A stretch of DNA of 64,000 nt, taken from NCBI GenBank assembly GCA_025062275.1, contig JANXAP010000003.1:10950-74949 (forward strand), written 5' to 3'. The notes beneath the pieces are model-generated. The model saw only the letters and a program-made list of their open reading frames with translations. It was not told the origin of the DNA and ran no database searches. This DNA comes from Dehalococcoidia bacterium. GTDB lineage: Bacteria > Chloroflexota > Dehalococcoidia > SM23-28-2 > HRBIN24. Positions 52,846 through 62,658 of this stretch are shown piece after piece; position 1 is the stretch's first letter, and every line of letters starts with the position of its first letter. The translations under genes and the position numbers were made by a program.

Positions 52846-52856
52846 GGCTTCCCCCC

Positions 52857-53063
52857 TCAGCCTCCCGAGACGACGGGCCGCACCTCGATCTCGTCCTCGG
52901 GCCCCAGCACAACGTCGGGCGTGAGAAGCTCGTCGCCGCGGATGACCAGGACTGTGCCCGGGTCGATACCCAGGTGGGCCAGCACCTGAGCTACCGTGCG
53001 CCGACCGTCCAGCTCGAGGGTCTGACGCCTGGGGCCGCGGACGTGCACGCGCATCTCCCTCAC
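52857..53063 (-). CDS. ttuB: Ubiquitin-like sulfur carrier TtuB/ThiS-like (C-terminal GG)
   Basis: 68 aa ending VRPVVSGG, 11 nt upstream of ttuA on the same strand. Confidence 0.75.
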   Translation of the reverse strand: MREMRVHVRGPRRQTLELDGRRTVAQVLAHLGIDPGTVLVIRGDELLTPDVVLGPEDEIEVRPVVSGG

Positions 53064-53096
53064 CCAGGGAAAAGGATAGCACGGCGGGACGGGCCT

Positions 53097-54783
53097 TCAG
53101 CCGTCGCGGCGGCTGAGGCAGTCGTCGGGGAAGGGGCAGGGGAGGGAACGGAGGCGGTGGCTGAGGCGCAGGTTCTCGTCGCCGTCCACGGGGACCGCCA
53201 CCACTGCCGGCTTGCCCTGGTGGAAGGCCTCCTCCAGGACGGCTGACAGGTCGTCGTCGGGCCCCACCTGGTAGCCGAAGGCGCCGAAGGAGCGGGCGAG
53301 GGCGGCGAAGTCGGGATTGCCGAAGTCCACCCCGAAGGGGGCCTTCCCTTCCAGTTGCTGCTTCCACTTGATCATGCCGTAGGAATTGTCCTGCCAGACC
53401 AGGACCACCACCGCCAGACCCAGGCGGACGGCCGTCTCCAGCTCGGCGCAGGACATGAGGAATCCGCCATCGCCGGTGCATACCAGCACGCGGCGGTCCG
53501 GGTAGACCAGCTTGGCCGCCAGCCCCGCCGGCAGGCCGAAGCCCATGGCCGAGTAGCCGTTGGAGATGAGTACGGTGTTGGGCAGGTAAGTGGGAAAGTA
53601 GCGGCCCAGCCACAGCTTGTGGGCGCCCACATCGCTGATGAGGATGTCCTCCTCTCCCAGGGCCTGCCGGGCTGCCTGGACGAGGCGCATGGGATGCACC
53701 GGGACACCGTTTTCCACGGGCGCCGGCCGCCGCTCCCGGGCCACGAGGGCCGTCAGCTCCGCCAGCTTGCCCTGGGCCTTCTCGGAGGGCTGGTATTGGA
53801 GGACGGAGCCCAGCAGCTCCAGGCTCTCGCGAATGTCGGCCACTACCTCCACCTCGGGTCGATAGAAGCGGTCCACCTCCGAGGGTGTGTAGTCGATGTG
53901 GACGATGCGCTTGTCACAGCGGGGGTTCCAGCGCTCGGGATGGTACTCCACCTGGTCGTAGCCGACGCAGATGACGGTGTCGGCCCCGCACAGCCCGCTG
54001 GTGCACAGGTCGGCGTTGCCGGGCAGCCCCACCGGCATCAGCGACAGGGGTTCGTAGTCGGAGACCGCCCCCTTGCCCATGAAGGTGTGGGTGACGGGGA
54101 TCCCGAAGCGGCTGGCAAACCGGCGCAGCTCCATAGCGGCCTCGCGTCGCCGCACGGCGCTGTAGCCAGCCAGGATGACAGGAAAGCGGGCGCGGGCGAT
54201 GACGTCGGCGGCATGCCGCAGGGCGGTGCGGTCGGGCGATGGGCGCCGCGCCCGCCGGGGCGTCAGAGGCCGCAGGCCGTCGTCCACCTCCGCCTCCTGG
54301 ACGTCGGTGGTAAGCTCGATGTGGGTGGCCCCTGGCTTCTCCTGCTCCGCCATCCGGAAGGCCTTGCGCACCACCTCCGGGATGGTCTCGGGGCGGTGGA
54401 CGCGGATGTTCCACAGGGTTACCGCCTCGAAGATCTTGACCACGTCCACGAACTGGTGGCTCTCCTTGTGCAGCCGCTCCAGCCCGGTCTGGCCGGTGAT
54501 GGCCACCAGGGGGGCGAAGTCCAGCTGGGCATCGGCGATGCCGGTGGTCAGGTTGGTGGCCCCCGGCCCCAGGGTGGCGAGACAGACGCCCGCCTTGCCC
54601 GTCAGGCGGCCGTAGGCGTCGGCCATGAAGGCTGCCCCCTGCTCGTGGCGGGTGACGATGAAGCGTATGGAGGAGCGGGCGAGGGCGTCCATGATGTCCA
54701 GCACCTCCTCCCCCGGCACCCCGAAGACGAACTGGACGCCCTCGTTCTCCAGGCAGCGCACCAGCAGCTCGGCAGCCTTCATC
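53097..54783 (-). CDS. Thiamine-pyrophosphate enzyme of the acetolactate synthase large-subunit family (candidate 2-oxoglutarate decarboxylase or ALS-like)
   Basis: TPP motif GDGGFLM...N, N-terminal Pyr domain FGVPGEEVLDIMDAL. No adjacent small regulatory subunit. Confidence 0.8.
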
Positions 54784-54784
54784 G

Positions 54785-56182
54785 TTATTCGGCCGGCGGG
54801 AGCTGGGGGCCGCGGGCCGGCCCCACCCACACTGTCTGGATGTTGACGAACTCGCGGATGCCGAACACCGACAGTTCGCGTCCGTAGCCGCTGCGCTTGA
54901 CGCCGCCGAAGGGAAGCCTCGGGTCGGAGGCCACCATGCCGTTGACGAAGACGTTTCCGGCCTCGATCTCGGCCGCCAGGGCCTGACCTCGCTCGGGGTC
55001 GCCCGTCCAGATGGCGGCACCCAGGCCGTAAGGAGACAGGTTGGCCAGGCGGACCGCCTCGCCCGCGTCCCGCGCCCGCACCAGGGCCGCCACCGGGCCG
55101 AAGGTCTCCTCCCGGAAGGCGGGCATCTCGGGCGTCACATCGGCCAGGACGGTGGGGGCGTAGAAGTAGCCTCTGCCTTCCAGCTTGTGGCCTCCCAGCA
55201 GCAGGCGGGCGCCCATGTCCAGGGAGCGGCGCACCTGCCGGTCCAGCTCCTCCCGCAGGTCGCTCCGGGCCAGGGGGCCGATGTTGGTGGCCGGGTCCAG
55301 GGGGTCGCCCACCCTCAGGGACCTCACCGCCTCCACCAACAGCTCGCTGAAGCGCTCCGCCACCGGCTCCTCGACGATGAAGCGCTTGGCGGCGATGCAG
55401 CTCTGGCCGTTGTTCTGGTTGCGGGCGCGGGCGCCCACCCTGGCCGCCTCCTCCAGGTCGGCGTCGGCCAGGACTATGAAGGGGTCGGAGCCGCCCAGCT
55501 CCAGCACCGTCTTCTTCAGGTGCTGACCGGCGGCCGCGGCCACCTTGGCGCCGGTGGCGTCGGAGCCGGTGAGGGTCACCGCCCGCACCCGCTCGTCGGC
55601 GATGACCCCTTCCACCGCCGCTGCCGGCAGAAGGAGGGTCTGGAAGACGCCCTCGGGGAACCCCGCCGCGCGAAAGACCTCCTCGATGGCCAGGGCGCAC
55701 TGGGGGACGTTGGAGGCGTGCTTCAACAGCAAGGTGTTGCCGGCCATGAGGGCCGGGGCAGCCGCCCGCAACACCTGCCAGAAAGGGAAGTTCCAGGGCA
55801 TGATGGCCAGCACCGGCCCCAGGGGGACGAACTGCACGTAGCTGCGGGTGGCGTTGGTCTCCACCTCCTGGGGCGCCAGGAAGCGGGCGGCGTTGTCGGC
55901 GAAGTAGTCGCAGCACCAGGCGCACTTGAGGACTTCCGCCTCGGCCTCGACGATGGGCTTGCCCATCTCCAGGGTGATGAGGCGGGCGTAGCGGTCCTTC
56001 TGTTGGCGCAGGTGCCTGGCAGCCGCCCGCATCAGCTCCCCTCGCCGCTCCAGGGGAAGGCGACGCCAGTCCTGATAGGCGCGCCAGGAACGCTCCAGGG
56101 CGGACTCCACCTGCTGGGGGCTGTGCTCTTCGAAGGTGGCGAGAACTTCTTCAGTAGCGGGGTTCCGGGAGACGAAGGCCAC
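54785..56182 (-). CDS. NAD(P)-dependent succinate-semialdehyde dehydrogenase-like aldehyde dehydrogenase
   Basis: ALDH catalytic Cys region NQNNGQSCIAAKR, Glu motif LELGGSDP. 1-nt gap to the downstream TPP enzyme gene. Confidence 0.85.
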   Translation of the reverse strand: MAFVSRNPATEEVLATFEEHSPQQVESALERSWRAYQDWRRLPLERRGELMRAAARHLRQQKDRYARLITLEMGKPIVEAEAEVLKCAWCCDYFADNAARFLAPQEVETNATRSYVQFVPLGPVLAIMPWNFPFWQVLRAAAPALMAGNTLLLKHASNVPQCALAIEEVFRAAGFPEGVFQTLLLPAAAVEGVIADERVRAVTLTGSDATGAKVAAAAGQHLKKTVLELGGSDPFIVLADADLEEAARVGARARNQNNGQSCIAAKRFIVEEPVAERFSELLVEAVRSLRVGDPLDPATNIGPLARSDLREELDRQVRRSLDMGARLLLGGHKLEGRGYFYAPTVLADVTPEMPAFREETFGPVAALVRARDAGEAVRLANLSPYGLGAAIWTGDPERGQALAAEIEAGNVFVNGMVASDPRLPFGGVKRSGYGRELSVFGIREFVNIQTVWVGPARGPQLPPAE

Positions 56183-56265
56183 GGCTGTCCACCCCCTCCT
56201 GCCGTTCCATTATACCCCCCCACCCCTCCCTGGCCCCGCTATGGCGCCGCGGGAGAGGGCCACCG

Positions 56266-56844
56266 CTAGGTCTCTCGGTCTCCCTTGCGCAGGCGCCCCA
56301 TGAGGCGGCCTAAAGAGGAGCGGGCCGCCTCCGCCGCCAGCGATATGCCGGAGATAGGCTCGCCGCTCTTGGGTGGCGCCCCGGCCTCGGGGTTCTCCAG
56401 TTGCTGCTTGACGCAGGCCACGAACTGCCGGAAGAGCTGTCGCGACACGTCCTGGACCATGCCCCGGCCGAACTGCATCAGCCTGCCCACCACATCGATG
56501 TCGGCCGTGACCTCCACCTCGGTGGCCGAGTCGGACAGGGGGCGGACGCGGGCCTGCAGGGTGGCGCGGGCGCTGCCGCTCCCGGCCGACTCTTTCCCCT
56601 GGGCCAGCATGCGCACCAGCCCGGCTGCCTCGTCCACCTCCTCTAGGTGGGCCTGGCCCGAGTAGCTGGCGGTGATCATGCCCACCTTCACCCTTACGTT
56701 GCCCTTGAAGGTGCGGTCGTCCACCACCTCGGTCAGCTGGGCGCCGGGGGCGCAGGCAACTACTTTGTGAGGGTCCAGCAGGAAGGCCCAGACTCGCTCC
56801 TTGGGCGCCTCTACCTGGAACTTCTCCTCGATGCGGATGGCCAA
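56266..56844 (-). CDS. SRPBCC-family protein CoxG-like
   Basis: CoxG/SRPBCC N-terminus MAIRIEEKFQVEAPKERVWAFLLDPHKVVACAPGAQL. Confidence 0.7.
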   Translation of the reverse strand: MAIRIEEKFQVEAPKERVWAFLLDPHKVVACAPGAQLTEVVDDRTFKGNVRVKVGMITASYSGQAHLEEVDEAAGLVRMLAQGKESAGSGSARATLQARVRPLSDSATEVEVTADIDVVGRLMQFGRGMVQDVSRQLFRQFVACVKQQLENPEAGAPPKSGEPISGISLAAEAARSSLGRLMGRLRKGDRET

Positions 56845-57031
56845 ATCCTCACCTCCTGGATGGCATGGTCGGTGCGCCGGCGAGGGGCCAGCCCTGTCGC
56901 CGCCGCCGAGCGGTGGGGGGCCTTCGCCCCGGGAGCCAGGCCACAGACACGTCCCATCATCCCACAGCGGGGGCTAGGGTCAACGACGACGGCCGTGGTG
57001 GCTCCGGCCCGCCGTCTCCGGCCCCACTACC

Positions 57032-58501
57032 TCAGAGGAGCCGCTGGGCTGCCCGTCTCAGCTCCGCACGGAAATCGGGATGGGCGATAGCGATGAGCTC
57101 CTCCGCCCGCTGGCGATGGTTCTTGCCCATGAGCCTGGCCACCCCGTATTCGGTTATGACGGTGTCGGCGAAGAAGCGCGGGATGGTGATGAGAGACCCC
57201 TCCTCGTGCTTGGCCACGATGCGGGAGACGGTGCCGTTGAGGGCGGTGGACAGGAGGAGGGTGATGGCCCGGCCGCCGCGGGAGAGGACGGCCCCGATGT
57301 GGGCCTCGGGCTGCCCGCCGGTGCCGTTGATCATGCGGGAGCCGAAGACGCTCTCGGAGTTGATCTGGCCCAACAGGTCGATGGAAAGGGCGTTGTTGAT
57401 GGCGTAAAGGTTGTCCAGGCGCGAGAGGTTGCGCAGGTCTAGGACGTACTCGGCGTCGTAGACCTCGAAGGCGGGGTTCTCCACCACCATGGCCAGCTCG
57501 CGGCCGGTGAGGCCGGACCAGGCGGCAGCCACAGCCTTGCCTGTGTGCAAGGTCTTGCGACGGCCGGTCGCGATGCCCCGCTCTACCAGCTCGGCCATGC
57601 CCGGACACGACATCTCGGTGTGGATGCCCAGGTCATGCTTGCGGTCGAAGGCGCCGGCCTTGACCATGAACATGCTCGGCTCGCCGATGCCGATCTGGAG
57701 GGTGGCACCGTCGGGCACTATCTCGCTGAGGTAGCCGGCGATGGTCTGACACTCGGGGCCGGGCTCGCGCATGAGGAGGGCCGTCTTGATGGACTCGGCC
57801 GGCAGCTGGCGAGCGATGCCGGCCCGTAGCGCCAGCACATGTTCCGGGCCGATCTGTTCTATGGAGTCCACCAGCGCCTCGTAGTCGGCCCGCAGGGCAG
57901 GGTCGGGTATCTGCTGTAGCCAGCCCTTCACAACTTCCTTGGTCAGCTCCACGGTCGGCACTTCCACGAATACGTCGATGTCGGACACGTGTACGTAGTT
58001 CTCGCCGTACATGGGGCGGATGCCGGCGTCCACCTCGGCGATGACGGTCTTGGCCCGCCTCAGGTAGCTGCGCTTGTTCCAGTGATGGGGGCCGAAGTAG
58101 ACCCTCCCCTGCTCGTCGGGGGGCGAGACCGTCACCAGGGCCACATCTATGGGCCGCGCCTCGGGACGGCCCTCGTCCAGGGGCTTGAACTGGGTGGTGA
58201 ACAGGTTTGGGAGGTAGGTGACCCTCCCGTCGTCGTGGGCCTCGCGGGCCACGTTGCCGATGAACAGCTCTATCTCCACCGTGAACAGGTGCTGCAGCCC
58301 CGGCTGCAGCCAGCCAGGGTCGCTGGTGGGGGCCGACAGGCGCACCTCCAGGCCCCCCAGCTCTTGCCCACGGCGAAAGACGGCCTCGGGCAGGACTCTC
58401 GGGCCGGCCAGCGGCACCACCACCCTGTGCCCCGGCCGGACACGGCTGACCGCCTCGTCCACCGATGCGAGCTTACGCTTGTATTCCTCGCGCCAGTCCA
58501 T
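57032..58501 (-). CDS. Acetyl-CoA hydrolase/transferase family CoA-transferase (4-hydroxybutyrate or succinyl-CoA:acetate CoA-transferase-like)
   Basis: 489 aa with family-wide similarity (MDWREEYKRKLASVDEAVSRVRPGHRVVV ... GIGEPS ... GTGGQ). Confidence 0.8.
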   Translation of the reverse strand: MDWREEYKRKLASVDEAVSRVRPGHRVVVPLAGPRVLPEAVFRRGQELGGLEVRLSAPTSDPGWLQPGLQHLFTVEIELFIGNVAREAHDDGRVTYLPNLFTTQFKPLDEGRPEARPIDVALVTVSPPDEQGRVYFGPHHWNKRSYLRRAKTVIAEVDAGIRPMYGENYVHVSDIDVFVEVPTVELTKEVVKGWLQQIPDPALRADYEALVDSIEQIGPEHVLALRAGIARQLPAESIKTALLMREPGPECQTIAGYLSEIVPDGATLQIGIGEPSMFMVKAGAFDRKHDLGIHTEMSCPGMAELVERGIATGRRKTLHTGKAVAAAWSGLTGRELAMVVENPAFEVYDAEYVLDLRNLSRLDNLYAINNALSIDLLGQINSESVFGSRMINGTGGQPEAHIGAVLSRGGRAITLLLSTALNGTVSRIVAKHEEGSLITIPRFFADTVITEYGVARLMGKNHRQRAEELIAIAHPDFRAELRRAAQRLL

Positions 58502-58592
58502 CCTGATACCCCCGACTGACGTCGTCTCTCTCGCCCTCCGTTAGGGTATGCCGCGCCCGCCTGCGGCCGCCCGAGGAGCTGGGGACAGCCCC

Positions 58593-59114
58593 CTAGCGGG
58601 AGCGGCGGCGGAAGCGGACGGGCATGTGCTTGATGCCGCTGACGAAATTGGAGCGGAGCCACTCCACCGGCCCCACCACCTCCACGTCGTAGGGGCGCGA
58701 CAGCAGCTCCTCGAACAGCACCCGCGCCTCCAGCCGCGCCAGAGAGGCACCCAGGCAGAAGTGGGGGCCGCCCGCCCCGAACGCCACATGGTCGTTGGGC
58801 TGACGGGTGACGATGAAGGCGTCAGGGTCGGGAAAGACGTCCTCGTCCCGGTTGGCCGAGACGTACCACATGGTCACCCGGTCGCCAGCCTTCATGGGCA
58901 CGCCGCGCACTTCCGTGTCTCGGGTGACGATGCGCGCCATGTACATGACGGGCGAGACGTAGCGGAGCATCTCCTCCACTGCCGTGGGCACCAGCGAGAG
59001 GTCGCTGCGCAGCAGCTCCATCTGCTCCGGGTGCTCCGTCAGGGCCAAGAGGCCGCCCGAGATGAGGTTGCGGGTGGTCTCGTTGCCCGCCACCGTCAGC
59101 AGCACGAACTGGGC
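58593..59114. repeat. Dispersed repeat copy B (P450 3' half)
   Basis: See copy A. Confidence 0.85.
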
Positions 59115-59852
59115 GAACCGCTCCAGATCGCTCAGCCTCTCGCCGTCCACCTCGGCGTTCAGGTACACCGTCACCAGGTCTTCCTTCGGCTCGCGCATTC
59201 GCTCCTCTTCCAGCCGCCGAAGGTAAGAGGCCATCGCGGCGATGGTGTTCTCGGAGCGACGGACGAACTGCTGCGGCGCCGGAGCCGCCTCGGCCTCGGT
59301 CGTTCCGGCACGGCTGTACTCGGGGTCCATGGCGCCGATCAGGGCGTTGCTCCATTCAAAGATGAGGTGTCGGTCCTCTTTGGGAACGCCGATGAAGCGG
59401 GCGATGACCAGGAGGGGTAGCTGGGACGATACCTCGGTGACGAAGTCGCACTCACCCTTGGCGATGGCGCTGTCCAACAACTCGTTCACGATCTCGCGGA
59501 TGTCGGGCTCGAGGAGGCTTATCATGCGCGGCGTGAACCCGGGGCTCACGAGACGCCGCAGTTTGGTGTGCCGGGGCGGGTCCGTGGTCACCATCATGGG
59601 GAACTGGTTGGGGCTCACGATGGATTCCAGGGTGATACCCCTGGACGAGGAGAAGGTAGACGTGTTCATGGAGACCTTCACCAGGTCCTCGTACTTGGTG
59701 AGAACCCAGAAGCCTCCCGCGACGGGGTCGGGATGCCAGTAGACGGGAGCCTGCTGGCGCAGGACCTTGAAAAGGTGATGGGGCGGCCCCGAAAGGAAGA
59801 CGTCCAGGTCCAGGAGGTTGACGTCCTTCAGCTCGGTCGTCATCGGTCTCAC
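58593..59852 (-). CDS. Cytochrome P450 (copy 2, paralog of 3970..5238)
   Basis: Same heme loop FGAGGPHFCLGASLA. C-terminal 150 aa is about 97% identical to copy 1, N-terminal half about 70%. Start at M1 or at MTTELKDV (59843). Confidence 0.9.
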   Translation of the reverse strand: MRPMTTELKDVNLLDLDVFLSGPPHHLFKVLRQQAPVYWHPDPVAGGFWVLTKYEDLVKVSMNTSTFSSSRGITLESIVSPNQFPMMVTTDPPRHTKLRRLVSPGFTPRMISLLEPDIREIVNELLDSAIAKGECDFVTEVSSQLPLLVIARFIGVPKEDRHLIFEWSNALIGAMDPEYSRAGTTEAEAAPAPQQFVRRSENTIAAMASYLRRLEEERMREPKEDLVTVYLNAEVDGERLSDLERFAQFVLLTVAGNETTRNLISGGLLALTEHPEQMELLRSDLSLVPTAVEEMLRYVSPVMYMARIVTRDTEVRGVPMKAGDRVTMWYVSANRDEDVFPDPDAFIVTRQPNDHVAFGAGGPHFCLGASLARLEARVLFEELLSRPYDVEVVGPVEWLRSNFVSGIKHMPVRFRRRSR

Positions 59853-59950
59853 CTCCGCCCGTGCTGCAGCCCCCGAGGGGTCGGGAGCGACTGCTCCTCC
59901 TTCAGGATGGAGGTCGAACGCTTACCAGGATTATACAACATGACCACACC

Positions 59951-61123
59951 TCATGGCCCATCCTTGCCCACGAGGGAGGCCTGGGTGTAGGAGGGGGCGA
60001 CGCGGCCCAGGATCTCCGCTGCCTGGGCCACCATCTCCTCCAGGATCTCGCGGGCGGGGCGGATGCGGCGCAGCATGCCCGCTATCTGTCCGGCGGCGTT
60101 CATGAGCAGCTCCTTGCGCCCTGCCTGCTCGGCGGCGTAGGTGATCTGGCGGACGACCCCCATCTGGAAGGGGAAGGGCAGGGTGGGAGCGCCGGCCCTC
60201 TCCCACTCCTCGATGAGGGGGTTGGTGATGTTGCGCATGGTCTTGCCCGAGTAGATGCGGGTGACGCGGGTGTCCTCCTCGCTGGCCTCCAGGATGCGCC
60301 GCTTGAACAGGGGGTCCAGGGGCGATTCCTCGGCTACCAGGAAGGCAGTCCCGACCCAGACACCGATAGCGCCCAGGCAGAGGGCGGCTGCCAGGCCTCG
60401 GCCGTCGCCTATGCCTCCTGCCGCCACCACCGGCTTGGGGGCCACCGCGTCCACCACCTGGGGCACCAGGGCCATGGTGCCGACCCTTCCCGTGTGCCCG
60501 CCGCCCTCGTACCCCTGGGCCACCACTATATCCACCCCTGCCTCGGCCACGCGGCGGGCGTTCTTGACGTTGCCTACCAGGGACATGACCACCATGCCGG
60601 CGGCGTGCATGTCGGGCACGAAGGGGCCAGGGCTGCCCAGGCCCGAGGCGAAAACGGGCACCTTCTCCTCGATCACCACCTCCACCTTCCGCCTGATGTA
60701 ATCGGGGCTGAAGAGCTGGGGATTGCCGGCAGGAGGCGGCTGCACATCGGGGAGATTGAACTTCTGCCGGACCTCCAGGATGAACTTCTTCGTCTGCTCG
60801 GGGATGAACTGCTGGACGTCTAGGAAGCTCAACTGGGTACCGCCGGACTCCCCCTGAACCTGTCCCCATGTGGGGAAGATGAGATCGACGCCGAAGGGCT
60901 TGTCGGTGAGGTCGCGCACCTTCCGTATCTCCTGGCGCAGCTCCTCCACCGACATGGCCACGCCGCCGATGACGCCCAGGCCGCCGGCGTTGGAAACGGC
61001 CGCCACCAGCTCGGCCTTGGCCATGGTGGGACCGCCGCCGCTACCGCCCATGCCCGCCAGGATCACGGGGTATTCGATGCCCAACATGTCGCACAGTGGC
61101 GTCCGCAAGACTGGACGGGTCAT
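59951..61123 (-). CDS. Nitronate monooxygenase / FMN-dependent enoyl reductase family (NMO)
   Basis: FMN TIM-barrel motifs ILAGMGG...GVIG and QGYEGGGHTG. Confidence 0.85.
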   Translation of the reverse strand: MTRPVLRTPLCDMLGIEYPVILAGMGGSGGGPTMAKAELVAAVSNAGGLGVIGGVAMSVEELRQEIRKVRDLTDKPFGVDLIFPTWGQVQGESGGTQLSFLDVQQFIPEQTKKFILEVRQKFNLPDVQPPPAGNPQLFSPDYIRRKVEVVIEEKVPVFASGLGSPGPFVPDMHAAGMVVMSLVGNVKNARRVAEAGVDIVVAQGYEGGGHTGRVGTMALVPQVVDAVAPKPVVAAGGIGDGRGLAAALCLGAIGVWVGTAFLVAEESPLDPLFKRRILEASEEDTRVTRIYSGKTMRNITNPLIEEWERAGAPTLPFPFQMGVVRQITYAAEQAGRKELLMNAAGQIAGMLRRIRPAREILEEMVAQAAEILGRVAPSYTQASLVGKDGP

Positions 61124-61186
61124 TTCCTCACGCCTCCTACAGCGATGGCCAGTTTTTTGATAGCAGACTAAAGAATGCCTGGCCGG

Positions 61187-61215
61187 TTGTCAAGGCGTGG
61201 CAGGGCTGTTAGACT
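61187..61215 (+). promoter_or_regulatory. Sigma-70-like promoter candidate TTGTCA-N17-TAGACT upstream of the DUF1326 genes
   Basis: Seen directly. Same TAGACT -10 as the str-operon candidate. Lies in an AT-richer divergent intergenic region. Confidence 0.4.
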
Positions 61216-61355
61216 ATTTTACATCCGTCCTCCGTCGCGGCCAGGAGGCCGCCCCCGCACCGAGGGGAGGGTAGCTGCACAGGTGCGGGGTCTCGCCGAA
61301 GCCCCAGCGCTGACCGACCGCGAGCTTCGTTTCTGCCGAGGGAGGGGGTGGTCTC

Positions 61356-61538
61356 ATGGTCGGGTGGCTCATGCGCGGTCAGTATCTCGAGAACTGCAAC
61401 TGCCTGCCCTCCTGCCCCCGCGACGCCATCGGCGTGCCCGCCCCCAACCGCTTCCGCGAGGGCGTCTCGGCCATGCGCATCGTCGAGGGCCACGCCGACG
61501 GCTTGCGCCGGGCACCCTCCTACTGCTGGCCGGAGTGA
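61356..61538 (+). pseudogene. Truncated DUF1326-like N-terminal fragment (60 codons)
   Basis: WLMRGQYLENCNCLPSCP resembles the DUF1326 N-terminal Cys motif (compare full copy MGTYWGPCSCKVSCPC). No continuation of homology in any frame downstream. Confidence 0.4.
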
Positions 61539-61858
61539 CCCACACCCGCCGGGGCCTTCAGGCCTGGACGGGCGCCGAAAACGTGTCCACCATGGGGGAG
61601 AGAGGGAAAGGGGGTGGAGGACGGCGCCGCAAGAGAGCGCACTTCTGTCCCCGCCAGGGTGCGCTGGGGCAGGGCCACCATGCGCCGCCCCCGCATGAAG
61701 TCCGCATCCTGCGCCAGCTCGGTCTCCTGCAGCAGCGCTAGACGGTGAGGAGGTGGTACGGCTCCAGACGCTCAGGGACTCGGCGGCCGAGGCGGCCGCC
61801 AGGCGTGAGGTAGGGCGCCCGCGGGGCTGATCCGCGGGCCGGAAAGGGAGGGGAGGTC

Positions 61859-62452
61859 ATGTCCTGGCAGATCATGGGCACCTACTGGGGCCCGTGCAGT
61901 TGCAAGGTGAGCTGCCCCTGCGAACTGGGCGAGCCCGAGGGTGACGACGGCTACTGCTCCGGCGCCCTGGCCCTGGAGATCGAGCGCGGCCAGGTGGAGG
62001 GCGTGGACGTGAGCGGCTGCCGTGTCGTCTTCGATGGCGACTGGCCCAAGGGCTTCATCTCCGGCGAGGGCACCGCCCGCCTCTACTTCGACCCGTCCGT
62101 CTCGTCCGAGCAGCGACAGTCCCTGGAGGCGGTGCTGCAGGGGAAGAAGGGCGGCGTGTTCGAGGCGATAGCGGGGCTGGTGCCGCGCTTCCTGCCCTCC
62201 CGCGAGGCGCCCATCCGCCTCGAGAAGAGCGAGGAGGAGACGCGCATACAGGTGGGGGACTTCGGCCTGCTCGTCACCCGCCCCATGAAGGGCGCCACCG
62301 GCGAGCCGACCAAGCTCCTGCACGCCGCCTTCGCCTTCCGCGACGAAGTGGTGCTGGCCAAGGGCCACGGCTCCTACTGGCGCGACCCCGATATGCGCCA
62401 GTGGGAGAGCCGCGGCCACAGCGAGATGGCCGCCTTCGACTGGAGCGCCTGA
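61859..62452 (+). CDS. DUF1326-family protein
   Basis: MSWQIMGTYWGPCSCKVSCPCE N-terminal signature. 197 aa. Confidence 0.7.
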   Translation: MSWQIMGTYWGPCSCKVSCPCELGEPEGDDGYCSGALALEIERGQVEGVDVSGCRVVFDGDWPKGFISGEGTARLYFDPSVSSEQRQSLEAVLQGKKGGVFEAIAGLVPRFLPSREAPIRLEKSEEETRIQVGDFGLLVTRPMKGATGEPTKLLHAAFAFRDEVVLAKGHGSYWRDPDMRQWESRGHSEMAAFDWSA

Positions 62453-62658
62453 CAGGCAGAACATCCGACCGCTACGTAGGCCGGCAAGGCCGGCAGGAAG
62501 GGGACGAGGCTGTGCTTTACACCATGCTCCTGAGCTGGAAGCCAGGGCTCGACCGGCAGCAGATGGACGAGGCCCTGGCGGGATGCGGGTAGGCCCCGAG
62601 ATCCTGCAGCGACGCTCCCACTAACGCGGCAGTCCGCAAGGTAAGAGAGGAGATAGCG

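Noticed and set aside
53097-55925. 942-aa minus-strand ORF
   Set aside because: Fusion artefact. The real TPP-enzyme gene starts at ATG 54783; the upstream part overlaps SSADH out of frame.
61536-61741. UGA read-through (Sec) extension of the DUF1326 fragment
   Set aside because: The read-through translation is low-complexity, has no similarity to the full-length DUF1326 copy, and has no downstream hairpin. Truncation is the better explanation.
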